From positions 97,198 through 161,197 of the forward strand of contig JAZNXK010000011.1 in assembly GCA_045593845.1 (NCBI GenBank): a stretch of 64,000 nucleotides of DNA, in the 5' to 3' direction. Each line of letters starts with the position of its first letter. Position 1 is the first letter of the stretch. This document shows, piece by piece, positions 52,103-62,879 of this stretch. The translations under genes and the position numbers were made by a program. The notes beneath the pieces were generated by a model. The model did not search any database, was not told the origin of the DNA, and saw only the letters and a program-made list of their open reading frames with translations. The stretch is from Alphaproteobacteria bacterium (GTDB lineage: Bacteria; Pseudomonadota; Alphaproteobacteria; RF32; CAG-239).

Positions 52103-54559
52103 ATGAGCGCAACTAATACACATTATAACGGTAAGGATTTTTCAGAGTGGCAGAAAGAATGGGCTTTGGAGGATCGTTATAATTTCAGGACTATTGAAAA
52201 GAAGTGGCAGAAGATTTGGGATGATGAAAAAGTCTATCGTGCCGAAGTAGATAAAGATAAGGAAAAATTTTATCTGTTGGTTGAATTTCCTTATCCGTCA
52301 GGTGTCGGCTTGCATGTTGGCCATCCGCGTTCTTATACGGCTTTGGATGCAGTTGCGCGCAAAAAGAGAATGCAGGGATATAATGTTTTGTATCCGATGG
52401 GCTTTGATGCATTTGGTTTGCCGGCAGAGAATTATGCTGTTAAAACAGGTATTCATCCGGCTGTTTCCACAAAGCAAAATATTGCCAATTATAAACGTCA
52501 ATTAAAGTCTTTGGGATTTAGTTTTGATTGGGACAGATGTATAGAAACCTGTGATCCCGAATATTATAAGTGGACACAGTGGATGTTTTTGAAATTTTTT
52601 GAAAAAGGACTGGCTTATAAGGCAAAAATGCCGATTAACTGGTGTCCGAGTTGCAAAGTCGGTTTGGCAAATGAAGAAGTTGTTGACGGTAAATGTGAAC
52701 GTTGCGGTGCCGAAGTTGAGCGTAGAGATAAAGAACAATGGATGATTGCCATAACAAAATATGCCGATAGGTTGATTGATGATTTGGATGAACTGAATTT
52801 TATCGATAGAGTTAAGACCCAGCAAGTAAACTGGATTGGCAGATCACAAGGTGCTGAACTTGATTTTGATTTTGCCGATGAAAAATTGCGTGTGTTTACA
52901 ACTCGTCCTGATACAGCTTTCGGTGTGACTTATATGGTTATGGCGCCTGAACATCCGTTTGTAGCAAAATATATGGATAGGTTTGAAAACAAAGATGAAG
53001 TTTTGGCTTATGTTGCAGAGGCGGCAAAAAAATCTGATTTACAACGTACTGCAGGTGATGAGAAGACCGGTGTGGAGTTAAAGGGAATTAAAGCAAAGAA
53101 TCCGTATAACGGACAGATGATACCGGTATTTATTTCAGATTATGTTCTGACCGGCTACGGAACAGGAGCAATTATGGCAGTTCCGGCACATGACCAAAGA
53201 GACTATGACTTTGCCAAAGCTTTTGATTTGCCGATTATTCAAGTTTTGGAAGGCGGAGATATATCGCAACAAGCTTGGGAAGAAGACGGAGCACATATCA
53301 ATTCCGAATTTTTGAATGGTATGAATAAAGAAGACGGTATGCGTGCGGCGATAGATTATGCGGTTAAGAACGGTTTTGGTCAGGCAAAAGTTAATTTTAA
53401 GCTCAGAGACTGGGTTTTTTCACGCCAACGTTATTGGGGCGAACCGATACCAATGGTTTATTGTGAACACTGCGGTTGGCAACCTTTGCCGGAATCGGAA
53501 TTACCGCTTGAACTGCCAGAAGTTACTGACTTTTTGCCCAATGATGATGGTGCTTCCCCTCTGGCAAAAGCTACAGATTGGGTTAATACTGTTTGTCCGA
53601 AATGCGGCGGAAAAGCTCGCCGTGAAACTGATGTTATGCCAAATTGGGCAGGTTCTTCATGGTATTTCTTGAGATATTGTGATCCTCATAATGATAAAGA
53701 GTTTGCCTCTAAAGAAGCTCTTGATTATTGGATGAATGTGGACTGGTATAACGGAGGTATGGAACATACGACGTTGCACCTGTTATATTCGAGATTTTGG
53801 CATAAGTTTTTGTATGATTGCGGTTGCGTTTCTACCAAGGAGCCATATAAGAGAAGAACTTCGCATGGTATGATTTTGGCTGCTAATGGTGAAAAAATGT
53901 CAAAATCACGCGGTAATGTGGTTAATCCGGATGAAATTGTCGAAAATTTCGGAGCTGATACATTCAGATTGTATGAAATGTTTATCGGTCCGTTTGATCA
54001 AGCGGCAATGTGGTCGGAAGAAAGCTTGATGGGGGTTTATCGTTTTGTCGGTAAAATATACTCATTATTCAAGAAAGTTTCTAAATCAAGCCCGACGGAA
54101 AAAGATTTGAGAGCAATGCATAAGTGCATTTTGGAAGTTGATGAGAGAATCGAGACAATGAAGTTTAATACTGCAGTTTCATCACTGATGACTTATGTAA
54201 ATTATTTGAGCTCAATGGATGAAGTTCCACAAGAAATGTATGAGACATTATTGAAAATCTTGTCACCTTTTGCTCCTCATTTGAGCGAAGAAATGTGGGC
54301 AAGACTCGGCCATAGCAAAACAATTGTCAATGAGAAATGGCCTGAAGGTGATAAGAAATTGGCAGAAGATAATGTGGTAACTTTGGCCGTGCAGATTTGC
54401 GGCAAAATGCGCGGCACTATCGAAATGCCAAAAGATTCTCCAAAAGAAGAAGTGGAGAAAAAAGCTTTGCAACTTGAAAATGTTGCTCGTCAAATTGAGG
54501 GTTGCAATATTAAAAAAATAATTGTTGTACCAAATAGGATTGTGAACATTGTTGTATAA
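52103..54559 (+). CDS. leuS: Leucine--tRNA ligase
   Basis: FPYPSG..LHVGH, FTTRPDT, GTGAIMAVPAHDQRD, KMSKS. Confidence 0.98.
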   Translation: MSATNTHYNGKDFSEWQKEWALEDRYNFRTIEKKWQKIWDDEKVYRAEVDKDKEKFYLLVEFPYPSGVGLHVGHPRSYTALDAVARKKRMQGYNVLYPMGFDAFGLPAENYAVKTGIHPAVSTKQNIANYKRQLKSLGFSFDWDRCIETCDPEYYKWTQWMFLKFFEKGLAYKAKMPINWCPSCKVGLANEEVVDGKCERCGAEVERRDKEQWMIAITKYADRLIDDLDELNFIDRVKTQQVNWIGRSQGAELDFDFADEKLRVFTTRPDTAFGVTYMVMAPEHPFVAKYMDRFENKDEVLAYVAEAAKKSDLQRTAGDEKTGVELKGIKAKNPYNGQMIPVFISDYVLTGYGTGAIMAVPAHDQRDYDFAKAFDLPIIQVLEGGDISQQAWEEDGAHINSEFLNGMNKEDGMRAAIDYAVKNGFGQAKVNFKLRDWVFSRQRYWGEPIPMVYCEHCGWQPLPESELPLELPEVTDFLPNDDGASPLAKATDWVNTVCPKCGGKARRETDVMPNWAGSSWYFLRYCDPHNDKEFASKEALDYWMNVDWYNGGMEHTTLHLLYSRFWHKFLYDCGCVSTKEPYKRRTSHGMILAANGEKMSKSRGNVVNPDEIVENFGADTFRLYEMFIGPFDQAAMWSEESLMGVYRFVGKIYSLFKKVSKSSPTEKDLRAMHKCILEVDERIETMKFNTAVSSLMTYVNYLSSMDEVPQEMYETLLKILSPFAPHLSEEMWARLGHSKTIVNEKWPEGDKKLAEDNVVTLAVQICGKMRGTIEMPKDSPKEEVEKKALQLENVARQIEGCNIKKIIVVPNRIVNIVV

Positions 54560-55103
54560 AAGATTTATATTTTTAATGCTGATAAGTTTTGTTTCGGCAT
54601 GCGGTTTTGAACCTTTGTATGTTGAGCGCAAAGGTGATAATGCTTGGTATTTTAAGGGTGATTTTGATACCTCCATTTCTCAAGAAATGGCAAAAATCAA
54701 GGTTATGCCGATAAAAGACAGATTCGGACAAGTAATGAGAAATGATTTGATTGATTTACTTTCCCCGAAAGGTCAGCCGCAAAAGCCAAAATATAGGTTG
54801 TTTGTGACCTTGGAAAGCAAAATAGAGAGAGATCAAGCTTTGCGTTCTGATATTACGGCAACGCGTAAGATGGTGAAATACAAAGTTTCTTATTATATGG
54901 CGGATAATGATAGGACTTTATTAAAAGGAGACAGTGTCGCATATACCGGCTATGATATTTTGGCGAATCCTTATTCTACGACGATAGCAAAGAAAAAAGG
55001 CGATGAAGACGCGGCAAGAATCATTGCTAATGATATTTCTTCGCGTTTGGGCGCATATTTTCACAGTATTGCAACCAAACGGAGCATAGAAAATGATTTT
55101 TAA
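54549..55103 (+). CDS. lptE: LPS assembly lipoprotein LptE
   Basis: SACGFEPLY lipobox; leuS-lptE-holA order. Confidence 0.85.
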   Translation: MLYKRFIFLMLISFVSACGFEPLYVERKGDNAWYFKGDFDTSISQEMAKIKVMPIKDRFGQVMRNDLIDLLSPKGQPQKPKYRLFVTLESKIERDQALRSDITATRKMVKYKVSYYMADNDRTLLKGDSVAYTGYDILANPYSTTIAKKKGDEDAARIIANDISSRLGAYFHSIATKRSIENDF

Positions 55104-56100
55104 GGCTCTGCAGATTAATAATTTTATAAAAAAAGCAGATAAAAATATTAAGGCTATATTGGTCTATGGTTCGAATGACGGATTAGTTTTAGAGAGCATA
55201 AAAAGACTTGCTCGTTCAGTGTGTGAGGATTTGAATGATGCTTTTCAGGTCGCGGATATATCGGGAGAGAGCGTTCTTGATGATTTTGGAAAATTGGTTG
55301 CCGAGTATAATGCACAATCTTTGATGGGAGGACGTCGTGTTGTTATTGTGCGTGACATTTCCAATCAGTTGTCAAACGATATAAGAAAAATGCTGGATGA
55401 AAGTAAATCTGACAATTTGTTGTTGCTATATGCTAGTGATTTAAGCAAAAAATCAAGTTTGGTAAAATTGGCAGAGAATAGTGATGATATGGCTTGTTAT
55501 GCTTGTTATGACGATAAAAGCGAAGATATTTATCATGTATTGCGAACAACAGGCCTAACGTTTGATCCGCAGGCAATCCAATTTTTGTGCTCAAGGTTGT
55601 CTAATGACAGGATGATAAATTTATCTGAAATTGAGAAGCTTAAAACCTATATGGGAGAGGCTAAAAATGTTACAGTTAATATTGTGGCAAAAGTTATAAG
55701 CGATCAGTCAAATTCCAGTGCTGAAGATATATGTTATGCGGTAATGAACGGTGATAGGGTAGAAGCCGAAAAGTTATTTGAAAAATATTTAGATGAAGGA
55801 AATGAAGCTGTTTCCTTACTTAAACCTATGGAATATCATGTGATGAAATTGTTGTTATGTGCAGCAGGACTGGAGAAAGGTGAAAGTGAAGATGAGGCAC
55901 TAAAAAGATTGGTTCCGAAACTGATGTTTTATAGAGTAGATGATTTTAAGAAGCAGCTGAGAAAGTGGAAAAGAGATAAGTTGTTGTCGGCATTAGAAGT
56001 TCTTTATGAAGTGGAAAAAGATTGTAAAACAACCGGCATGCCCGGAGAGGATGTTGTCGGAAGAATGTTGTTGAGGATGGCAGGAGCTGCGGCCAAATAG
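55093..56100 (+). CDS. holA: DNA polymerase III subunit delta
   Basis: LVYGSNDGLV, SLMGGRRVV, EIEKLKTY; gene order. Confidence 0.88.
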   Translation: MIFKALQINNFIKKADKNIKAILVYGSNDGLVLESIKRLARSVCEDLNDAFQVADISGESVLDDFGKLVAEYNAQSLMGGRRVVIVRDISNQLSNDIRKMLDESKSDNLLLLYASDLSKKSSLVKLAENSDDMACYACYDDKSEDIYHVLRTTGLTFDPQAIQFLCSRLSNDRMINLSEIEKLKTYMGEAKNVTVNIVAKVISDQSNSSAEDICYAVMNGDRVEAEKLFEKYLDEGNEAVSLLKPMEYHVMKLLLCAAGLEKGESEDEALKRLVPKLMFYRVDDFKKQLRKWKRDKLLSALEVLYEVEKDCKTTGMPGEDVVGRMLLRMAGAAAK

Positions 56101-56102
56101 AT

Positions 56103-56801
56103 ATGACAAGCGAGAGGTTTCAAAAATTTATTGAAATGTGGCAAAAAGATTTTGCCATTGATCGCAGTATTGATGAAAAAGTTTGCGTCGATAAAGACGG
56201 CAACTCTATTCCGTGGTACACATATCCGGCTATTGAATATCTATCACAGTTCGATTATTCGACCTTAAAAATTTTTGAGTTCGGGTGCGGGTATTCTTCG
56301 GCTTTTTGGGCAGAAAGAGCCTTAAAAGTAGTTAGTATTGAGGATAAAACCGAATGGTTCGAAAAATGGAAAAGCGAGTTCAAATATGAAAATTTAGACA
56401 TCAGATGGCGCGACGAAGGTGAAGGTTATGATGCGGCAATTTTTGAAGATAAAGAAAAATATGATGTAATCGTAATTGACGGAAAGCGCCGAAAAGAATG
56501 TGCCGAAGCGGCAGTAAAAGCTTTAAATACTGGCGGAATGATTATTTTGGATGACAGCGACAGAATTAATACCAGTGAAGAATATGTGCAAGCGATAAAA
56601 ATTTTACGAGCGGCAAATTTGTTGCAGGTGGATTTTTACGGATTTTGTCCTATGAATTGCTATACCAAAACGACGTCGCTATTTTTCAGCAGAGAATGGA
56701 ATTTTGCTTCAAAAAATAAAATTCAGCCGATTAACGGTTGGGGAAATTTGTGGTCTATGCAACGAAAAAAAAGAAAAAATTTTTTTAATGACTTTGGTTA
56801 A
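56103..56801 (+). CDS. Class I SAM-dependent methyltransferase
   Basis: PWYTYPAIEYL, FEFGCGYS, DVIVIDG, GGMIILDD. Confidence 0.82.
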   Translation: MTSERFQKFIEMWQKDFAIDRSIDEKVCVDKDGNSIPWYTYPAIEYLSQFDYSTLKIFEFGCGYSSAFWAERALKVVSIEDKTEWFEKWKSEFKYENLDIRWRDEGEGYDAAIFEDKEKYDVIVIDGKRRKECAEAAVKALNTGGMIILDDSDRINTSEEYVQAIKILRAANLLQVDFYGFCPMNCYTKTTSLFFSREWNFASKNKIQPINGWGNLWSMQRKKRKNFFNDFG

Positions 56802-56840
56802 AAGTTTGCGCTATACTTGTTCCATATAAAAGGGGGAAAT

Positions 56841-58010
56841 ATGGAGATTTGTTTTCATAATGCGACGCTTATTAACGGCTATTCGGTAATGCCTGATTGC
56901 GGAGTTTTGATTAAACAATATAAGATTATTGATGTATTTAATGAAGCTCGCTTTAAGCAAAAGCAATTTAAGCCGGAGACAAAATTTATTGACCTTAAAG
57001 GGGCATATATTGCGCCAGGGTTGATTGATACGCATATTCACGGAATCTGCGGTTTCGGCACAGATGATATGGATAGCGAATCGATACTCAAAATGTCGGA
57101 GATTTTGCCGCAATACGGAGTTACGTCATTTATTCCCACCTTATATTCCGCGCCCAAAGAAAAACTGTTCAAAGGTATGATTAGCATTCTTAAAGCTATG
57201 GGACAGGAAAAAGGTGCAAAAATATTGGGTATGCATTTGGAAGGACCTTTTATTTCTCCGGCACGTTTGGGTGTGCAGTCGCCGGATGCGATTTCTCCGG
57301 TTGACATTGAGTATATGAAAGAAATTATTGCTTTGGGACAAGGCAATATTATCAATATGACGGTTGCACCGGAGTTGAAAGGTATGCGTGAATTGGCTTT
57401 GATGTGTATTGACCAGGGAATTATTTTGCAATCCGGACACAGCAATGCAACTTATCAGCAAATGGTTGAAGCCATGCAGGCACGCATTATGCATGTTACG
57501 CATTTGTTTAATGCCATGAGCCGAATTCACCACAGAGACCCCGGAGTGGTCGGAGCAGTGTTTATTCATCCGGAGTTGTCTTGCGAGATTATTGCTGACG
57601 GATTTCACATCAACCCGGATATTGTAAAATTTTTGTTCAGATGCAAGCCGGTTGATAAGGTTGTTTTGGTTACAGATGCCCTAAAACCGACCAAGCAAAA
57701 AGCAAAACATTTATTTGCCAACGGAGAAGAAGTGTATTTGGATAAATGCTTTTTGAGAAAATCTGATGACGTGATTGCCGGTTCGGCATTGACGATGATT
57801 GATGGTGTTAAAAATTTGGTATCTTGGGGATTGCCGATTGAGCAGGCGGTGCAAACGGCATCATATAATCCGGCAAATATTATGAAGCAGGAACATTTGG
57901 GGCTTGTTGCACCTGGGTATGATGCTGATTTGGTTGTTTTTGATAAGAATTTTAAGGTTTTGAAGACCGTTATTAAGGGTAATGTTTTTGAAAAAGGAAT
58001 TTGCAAATGA
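56841..58010 (+). CDS. nagA: N-acetylglucosamine-6-phosphate deacetylase
   Basis: [38 protein letters not shown]. Confidence 0.96.
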   Translation: MEICFHNATLINGYSVMPDCGVLIKQYKIIDVFNEARFKQKQFKPETKFIDLKGAYIAPGLIDTHIHGICGFGTDDMDSESILKMSEILPQYGVTSFIPTLYSAPKEKLFKGMISILKAMGQEKGAKILGMHLEGPFISPARLGVQSPDAISPVDIEYMKEIIALGQGNIINMTVAPELKGMRELALMCIDQGIILQSGHSNATYQQMVEAMQARIMHVTHLFNAMSRIHHRDPGVVGAVFIHPELSCEIIADGFHINPDIVKFLFRCKPVDKVVLVTDALKPTKQKAKHLFANGEEVYLDKCFLRKSDDVIAGSALTMIDGVKNLVSWGLPIEQAVQTASYNPANIMKQEHLGLVAPGYDADLVVFDKNFKVLKTVIKGNVFEKGICK

Positions 58011-58789
58011 GAGTTATTATAAAACCCGATTATGACAGCATTTCGGCTTGGGCGGCTGAGTATATTGCCGACAAAATAAATGCCTTTGCGCCAACAGAAA
58101 ACAGACCGTTTGTTTTGGGTTTGCCGACAGGCTCGACTCCTTTGGGAGTTTATAAAGAGCTTATAAATATGTATAAGCAAGGCAAAGTTTCTTTTGCAAA
58201 TGTCATAACTTTTAATATGGATGAATATGTCGGTTTGCCGGCGGACCATCCGCAGAGTTATCATTATTTTATGTTTGAGAACTTTTTTAATCATATAGAT
58301 ATTAAAAAAGAGAATATTCATATTTTGGACGGCATGGCAAAAGACATTCAGGTTGAATGCGAAAATTATGAAAAAGCGATTGTCGGTTGCGGCGGTATAG
58401 ATTTGTTTTTGGGAGGAATCGGCGAGGATGGACACATTGCTTTTAATGAGCCTTTTTCATCATTAACTTCTCGCACAAGGGTAAAGACTTTGACCTCTGA
58501 TACAATCAAAGTAAATTCACGCTTTTTTGATTATGATATCAGCAAGGTGCCGACAAGGGCGATGACTGTCGGAGTGGGGACGATTATGGATGCAAAAGAA
58601 GTGATTATTTTGGCAAACGGAGTTAAAAAAGCCAAAGCAATTTATCATGGAATTGAGGGGGCGGTTAGCCACAAGTGGACAATCAGCGTTTTGCAAAATC
58701 ATCAACACGGGATTATTGTATGCGACGATGCGGCGGCAAGCGAACTTGAGCCGGAGACGATAAAATATTTCAAAGATATTGAAAAATAG
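58007..58789 (+). CDS. nagB: Glucosamine-6-phosphate deaminase
   Basis: [31 protein letters not shown]. Confidence 0.97.
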   Translation: MRVIIKPDYDSISAWAAEYIADKINAFAPTENRPFVLGLPTGSTPLGVYKELINMYKQGKVSFANVITFNMDEYVGLPADHPQSYHYFMFENFFNHIDIKKENIHILDGMAKDIQVECENYEKAIVGCGGIDLFLGGIGEDGHIAFNEPFSSLTSRTRVKTLTSDTIKVNSRFFDYDISKVPTRAMTVGVGTIMDAKEVIILANGVKKAKAIYHGIEGAVSHKWTISVLQNHQHGIIVCDDAAASELEPETIKYFKDIEK

Positions 58790-58828
58790 AAAATCTTTTT
58801 TGAAACTATACGATACCTTTTTAGGCTC

Positions 58829-59590
58829 TTATCCGTTTTGATTGGGCCTTGTGATGGCGTATGACTTCATCGCTGTTGTTAAAAAATCTTTTTCTTGTTT
58901 TTGATCTGCTTTCAATTTTTCAATTTGTATGTTATGATAGGTATCCATTAGTCCTTCGCACTTTGATAAACCTTTAGAATTGTTACTGCATATAGGAGCC
59001 GCTTGAGCTAAAAATTTTTGCGTCTGGCTAATTTCATAATCCGATATTTTATTAAATTCTGTTTCTTTTAGTTTCTTGTCGAGCTCACTGACCATAAGCG
59101 TTGTAAGTTCAGAATTGGTTGATAATTTGCCTTCTTCATTTGGCCTATGTTCTATGAGTTTATGATAAAAATCTATTAGATGATGTATTGGGAAATTCTT
59201 TTCATCGCCCATTAAGTCGGGTGCAGCTTGGGTCACATTGGCTGCTGCTAGGATGATATTTTTTCCAAGTTCCTTCGCATCACTATTTTTACCTTCCTGA
59301 CAACGATAAAGCTCAGCCCAATAACGCCAGCCTTGAGCGGCAGCAGTTTCTCTCATCAGTGTGGCAAAATGTTCTTTTGTAGGTTTTCTTTCTATCGTCG
59401 GGGCAATCATATCTGTGATTTCAGTAACATCCAATTCTTGTTTGGATAATAAATTACTTAATAAACTAATTTCTCTATCTGTTACTTCATTGGGATGGAG
59501 CTTTCTTTCTGTTTCTAGAAATTTTTTTTGTGAAGATGTTTCTTGTGCTTGTTGTTCAATCTCATCGGGAAATAACATTCTTTTTAGCAT
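58829..59590 (-). CDS. Orphan helical protein, paralog A
   Basis: AGGAG Shine-Dalgarno before ATG 59590; shares VTDREISLL, YWxELY and TNSEL blocks with 59796-60521. Confidence 0.8.
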   Translation of the reverse strand: MLKRMLFPDEIEQQAQETSSQKKFLETERKLHPNEVTDREISLLSNLLSKQELDVTEITDMIAPTIERKPTKEHFATLMRETAAAQGWRYWAELYRCQEGKNSDAKELGKNIILAAANVTQAAPDLMGDEKNFPIHHLIDFYHKLIEHRPNEEGKLSTNSELTTLMVSELDKKLKETEFNKISDYEISQTQKFLAQAAPICSNNSKGLSKCEGLMDTYHNIQIEKLKADQKQEKDFLTTAMKSYAITRPNQNG

Positions 59591-59625
59591 ATCTTTTCTC
59601 CTATAAAGTAATAAACGATATAGCA

Positions 59626-59756
59626 AGTTTACTATATTTATTTAATTTTGTCAAATTTTTTATTATAGCTCTTTCAGCACTTCGTCAACATGGCCGGATA
59701 CTTTGACTTTGCGCCATTCTTTAATGACTTTCAGTTGTTCGTCCAAAATGAAAGTC
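59626..59756 (-). repeat. Extra copy of the bcp 3' end plus downstream promoter
   Basis: 59662-59756 is identical to 60594-60688 (95 bp); the flank carries TTGACA-17 nt-TAAACT on the minus strand. Confidence 0.95.
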
Positions 59757-59795
59757 TATTCCTTTTGCCAATATTTGATAGGAGGATTTGATATT

Positions 59796-60521
59796 TTATA
59801 ATTCCATTTCTTTTTGTTTAGCTTTTATGGGTGAGGTTAAACCAAGTATGTTTATTACGCTATTTTCTTCACTTTTCTGCTCTCTTCTTAGCTGTTCTTT
59901 TTCTATATTATGAATGCTTTTTATAATCTCTATGCATTTTGATGAAGCTGTAGAATGATTTTTAATTTCTTCTGCGGCTGTGTATACAAATTTTTTAATC
60001 ATCATAAAATCCCTCTCTTGAAGAAAAGGGGTGTCGGAGGGATCTGACATTAAATTATTATAAAACTCATTTGTCATGAGTGATGCCAATTCTGAATTTG
60101 TTGTTAATTTATTCTGAGTCGAATTTTCTTTGTTTCTGATTTTTATAAGTCTAACGTAAAATTTAGCTAATGCGTGTTTTCTATCAGCACAGTCATATAC
60201 TCCGTTTGAAGCTTGGATAATATTTTTACAAATTCCTTTGCTGTCATTTTCTTCCTGCTGGCTGTACAGCTCAAACCAATAATCCCATTTATATGTATAG
60301 GGTTTTAATGAGCCATTCATTAACAAAGCAATTTGTTCTTTTGAAGGATTTCTTTCAACTGTTGGTGTCATTATGCTTGCAATTTCATCGAGTTTCCAAC
60401 TTTTAGATTCGAATATGTCATTTAATAGGCTAATTTCTCTGTCAGTTACATTATCAGGGTTAGATGCTCTTTCATTGAATAGAAGTTTTTGCTGTAAAAT
60501 GACGTTATTTTTTTGTTCCAT
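59796..60521 (-). CDS. Orphan helical protein, paralog B
   Basis: AAGGA Shine-Dalgarno; colinear homology with paralog A. Confidence 0.8.
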   Translation of the reverse strand: MEQKNNVILQQKLLFNERASNPDNVTDREISLLNDIFESKSWKLDEIASIMTPTVERNPSKEQIALLMNGSLKPYTYKWDYWFELYSQQEENDSKGICKNIIQASNGVYDCADRKHALAKFYVRLIKIRNKENSTQNKLTTNSELASLMTNEFYNNLMSDPSDTPFLQERDFMMIKKFVYTAAEEIKNHSTASSKCIEIIKSIHNIEKEQLRREQKSEENSVINILGLTSPIKAKQKEMEL

Positions 60522-60556
60522 CTTTTATTCCTTGTAAGTGGTTGTATAGTGAGGAT

Positions 60557-60688
60557 AGTTTATTATATTTATTTAATTTTGTCAAACTTTTTCATTATAG
60601 CTCTTTCAGCACTTCGTCAACATGGCCGGATACTTTGACTTTGCGCCATTCTTTAATGACTTTCAGTTGTTCGTCCAAAATGAAAGTC
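60557..60688 (-). repeat. Native bcp 3' end plus promoter (second repeat copy)
   Basis: Matches 59626-59756. Confidence 0.95.
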
Positions 60689-61035
60689 GAGCGTTCAATT
60701 CCCATATATTTGCGTCCATACATGGACTTTTCTTTCCATACGCCAAATGCTTCGGACAAAGTATGTTCAGGGTCGGATAGCAGAACAAAATTTAAGCCTT
60801 GTTTTTGCTTAAATTTGATATGGCTGTTTATACTGTCGGGGCTTACGCCGATTACAGTTGCTTTGGAGCAAAGGCGGTTGTAGTTATTGCGAAAGTCGCA
60901 GGCTTCTTGCGTGCAACCGGAAGTGTTGTCTTTGGGGTAAAAATACAGAACTGTTTTCTTGCCTTTGAAATCACTTAATGAAAAGGTTTTTTCCACTCCG
61001 TTTTCATCAATTCCCTGCAGTTTTATATTTATCAT
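60595..61035 (-). CDS. bcp: Peroxiredoxin Bcp
   Basis: LYFYPKDNTSGCTQEACDFR, GVSPD, GIERSTF. Confidence 0.95.
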   Translation of the reverse strand: MINIKLQGIDENGVEKTFSLSDFKGKKTVLYFYPKDNTSGCTQEACDFRNNYNRLCSKATVIGVSPDSINSHIKFKQKQGLNFVLLSDPEHTLSEAFGVWKEKSMYGRKYMGIERSTFILDEQLKVIKEWRKVKVSGHVDEVLKEL

Positions 61036-61056
61036 TTTTATTCCTTTATAAAATAG

Positions 61057-61082
61057 AAAAAAGGCGTCGATTGACGCCTTTT
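61057..61082 (-). terminator. Hydrogenase operon terminator
   Basis: aaaaggcgtc-gatt-gacgcctttt. Confidence 0.75.
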
Positions 61083-61092
61083 GTGTTGTAAA

Positions 61093-62865
61093 TTATTTGC
61101 TCTTGTACATATCTCGCGGTGTGTAGTGAGTATGCAAGAGATGATGTGCTTTTTCGCCACCGGGATTGCCGATAAAATCTTTATACAAGGTTTTAATCGA
61201 CTCATTATGGTGAGAAAAGCGGTTTTTAGCGTTCAAATCTTCTTCAAACAAACCGTTAGCACGTTTCTGTCTGATTTCATCAGTAATACCATAAGGTTTA
61301 GCAAAAGGAGCACCGATAACGCGCGGTTGTCCGCCACCGGCAACACAACCGCCGCGGCAAGCCATTACCTCTACAAAGTGATAGGGCAATTCTTCGCCGT
61401 TGGCTTTTGCTTGGCGAATTCTATCCAAGATAATTTCTACATTGCCGACACCATGAGCAACTGCAATGCGAATATCTTTGCCGTTGATGGTAACCGTGGT
61501 TTCTTTAATGCCTTCCAAACCTTCAATATCGGTAAAGTCCGGTTGAGCCAATTCTTGTCCGGTGATGTAGAAATATGCTGTGCGCAAAGCCGCAATCATA
61601 ACGCCGCCGGTTGCACCGAAAATTGTGCCTGCACCGGAATATTCGCCCAAAGGATTGTCCGCTGTTTTTTCTGCAATATTACAAAAATCTATGCCGGCTT
61701 GCTTAATCATTTTGGCAAATTCGCGCGTGGTGATAGATACGTCAATATCCTGATAACCGGAGGAACTCATATCTTGACTGCGGACGATTTCCCATTTTTT
61801 GGCGGTGCAAGGCATTATTGATACAACACGAATTTTTTTCGAGTCAATGCCGTTTTTCTCGGCAAAATAAGTTTTTGCCAAAGCACCGACCATTGCTTGC
61901 GGAGATTTGCAGGTTGAAAAATGCGGAATCATATCGGAATTGAATTTTTCCAGCATATCAACCCAAGCAGGACAGCAAGAAGTAAACATCGGCAAGCTTT
62001 CCGGTTCTTGAGTAAAGCGGCGAACAAACTCGGTGGCTTCTTCAATGATGGTTAAGTCAGCACCGAAATTGGTATCGAATACTTTATCAAAACCCATACG
62101 GCGCAAAGCGGCATAAGTTTTTCCGGTCAAGTTTTTGCCGAACTCAAAGCCAAATTCTTCGCCGATAGCAACGCGAACTGCCGGTGCAATTTGCACAATG
62201 GTGAAAATTTCCGGATCACGCAACATTTCCCAAACTCTGCCGGTGTCATCATATTCTACAATAGCACCGGTCGGGCAGTGAGCTGAACATTGTCCGCATT
62301 TGATACACGGACTGTCTTCCAAGTTGATACCGTTGGCCGGAGTTATGCGAGTGGCCAAACCGCGGTTTAGGTAGCTTAAAGCCCAAATATTTTGTTTGTT
62401 TTGGCAGATGTCAACACAACGACCGCAAAGTATGCACTTGGAACTGTCAAGGACGATGGCTTTAGTAGAATCGTCGATGGGTGTTCTTTTGGTTAAATTG
62501 GGTAATGGTGCGTCGGTAATGTTGAATACATTAGCCATATCTTGCAATTCACAATGGCCGGAACGGGCGCATGAAAGACAAGAATTCGGGTGGTTGCTCA
62601 ATATCAATTTTAAAACCATGCGGCGAACTTCAAAAAGTTCTGCATCGGTGGTAATAACTTCCATACCTTCGGCAACAGGTGTGCAACAAGAACGCATAAT
62701 ACGTCCGTTGACGCGGACAATACACATTCCGCAACCGGCAGACGGGTCAACGTCAGGATGTTTGCACAAGGTCGGAATTTCGATTTGCACACTGCGTGCG
62801 GCGTCCAGAATAGAGGTGCCGGCGGCAACTTCAACTTCTTGATTATCAATTTTTAATTTTACCAT
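61093..62865 (-). CDS. hydA: [FeFe]-hydrogenase catalytic subunit (HydA/HndD-type, group A)
   Basis: H-cluster motifs TSCCPAW, MPCTAKKWE, EVMACRGGCVAGGGQP; N-terminal 2Fe-2S, HxxxCxxCxxxxxC and two 4Fe-4S motifs. Confidence 0.95.
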   Translation of the reverse strand: MVKLKIDNQEVEVAAGTSILDAARSVQIEIPTLCKHPDVDPSAGCGMCIVRVNGRIMRSCCTPVAEGMEVITTDAELFEVRRMVLKLILSNHPNSCLSCARSGHCELQDMANVFNITDAPLPNLTKRTPIDDSTKAIVLDSSKCILCGRCVDICQNKQNIWALSYLNRGLATRITPANGINLEDSPCIKCGQCSAHCPTGAIVEYDDTGRVWEMLRDPEIFTIVQIAPAVRVAIGEEFGFEFGKNLTGKTYAALRRMGFDKVFDTNFGADLTIIEEATEFVRRFTQEPESLPMFTSCCPAWVDMLEKFNSDMIPHFSTCKSPQAMVGALAKTYFAEKNGIDSKKIRVVSIMPCTAKKWEIVRSQDMSSSGYQDIDVSITTREFAKMIKQAGIDFCNIAEKTADNPLGEYSGAGTIFGATGGVMIAALRTAYFYITGQELAQPDFTDIEGLEGIKETTVTINGKDIRIAVAHGVGNVEIILDRIRQAKANGEELPYHFVEVMACRGGCVAGGGQPRVIGAPFAKPYGITDEIRQKRANGLFEEDLNAKNRFSHHNESIKTLYKDFIGNPGGEKAHHLLHTHYTPRDMYKSK

Positions 62866-62879
62866 AATTTTAGCTCCTC

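Noticed and set aside
57605-58435. 276-aa minus-strand ORF and many similar antisense ORFs
   Set aside because: They overlap well-supported genes (here nagA and nagB) and show no independent coding features.
59664-59756. Small peptide from the duplicated bcp tail (TTG start, DEQLKVIKEWRKVK...)
   Set aside because: It lacks the catalytic region and has only a weak start context; treated as part of the repeat.
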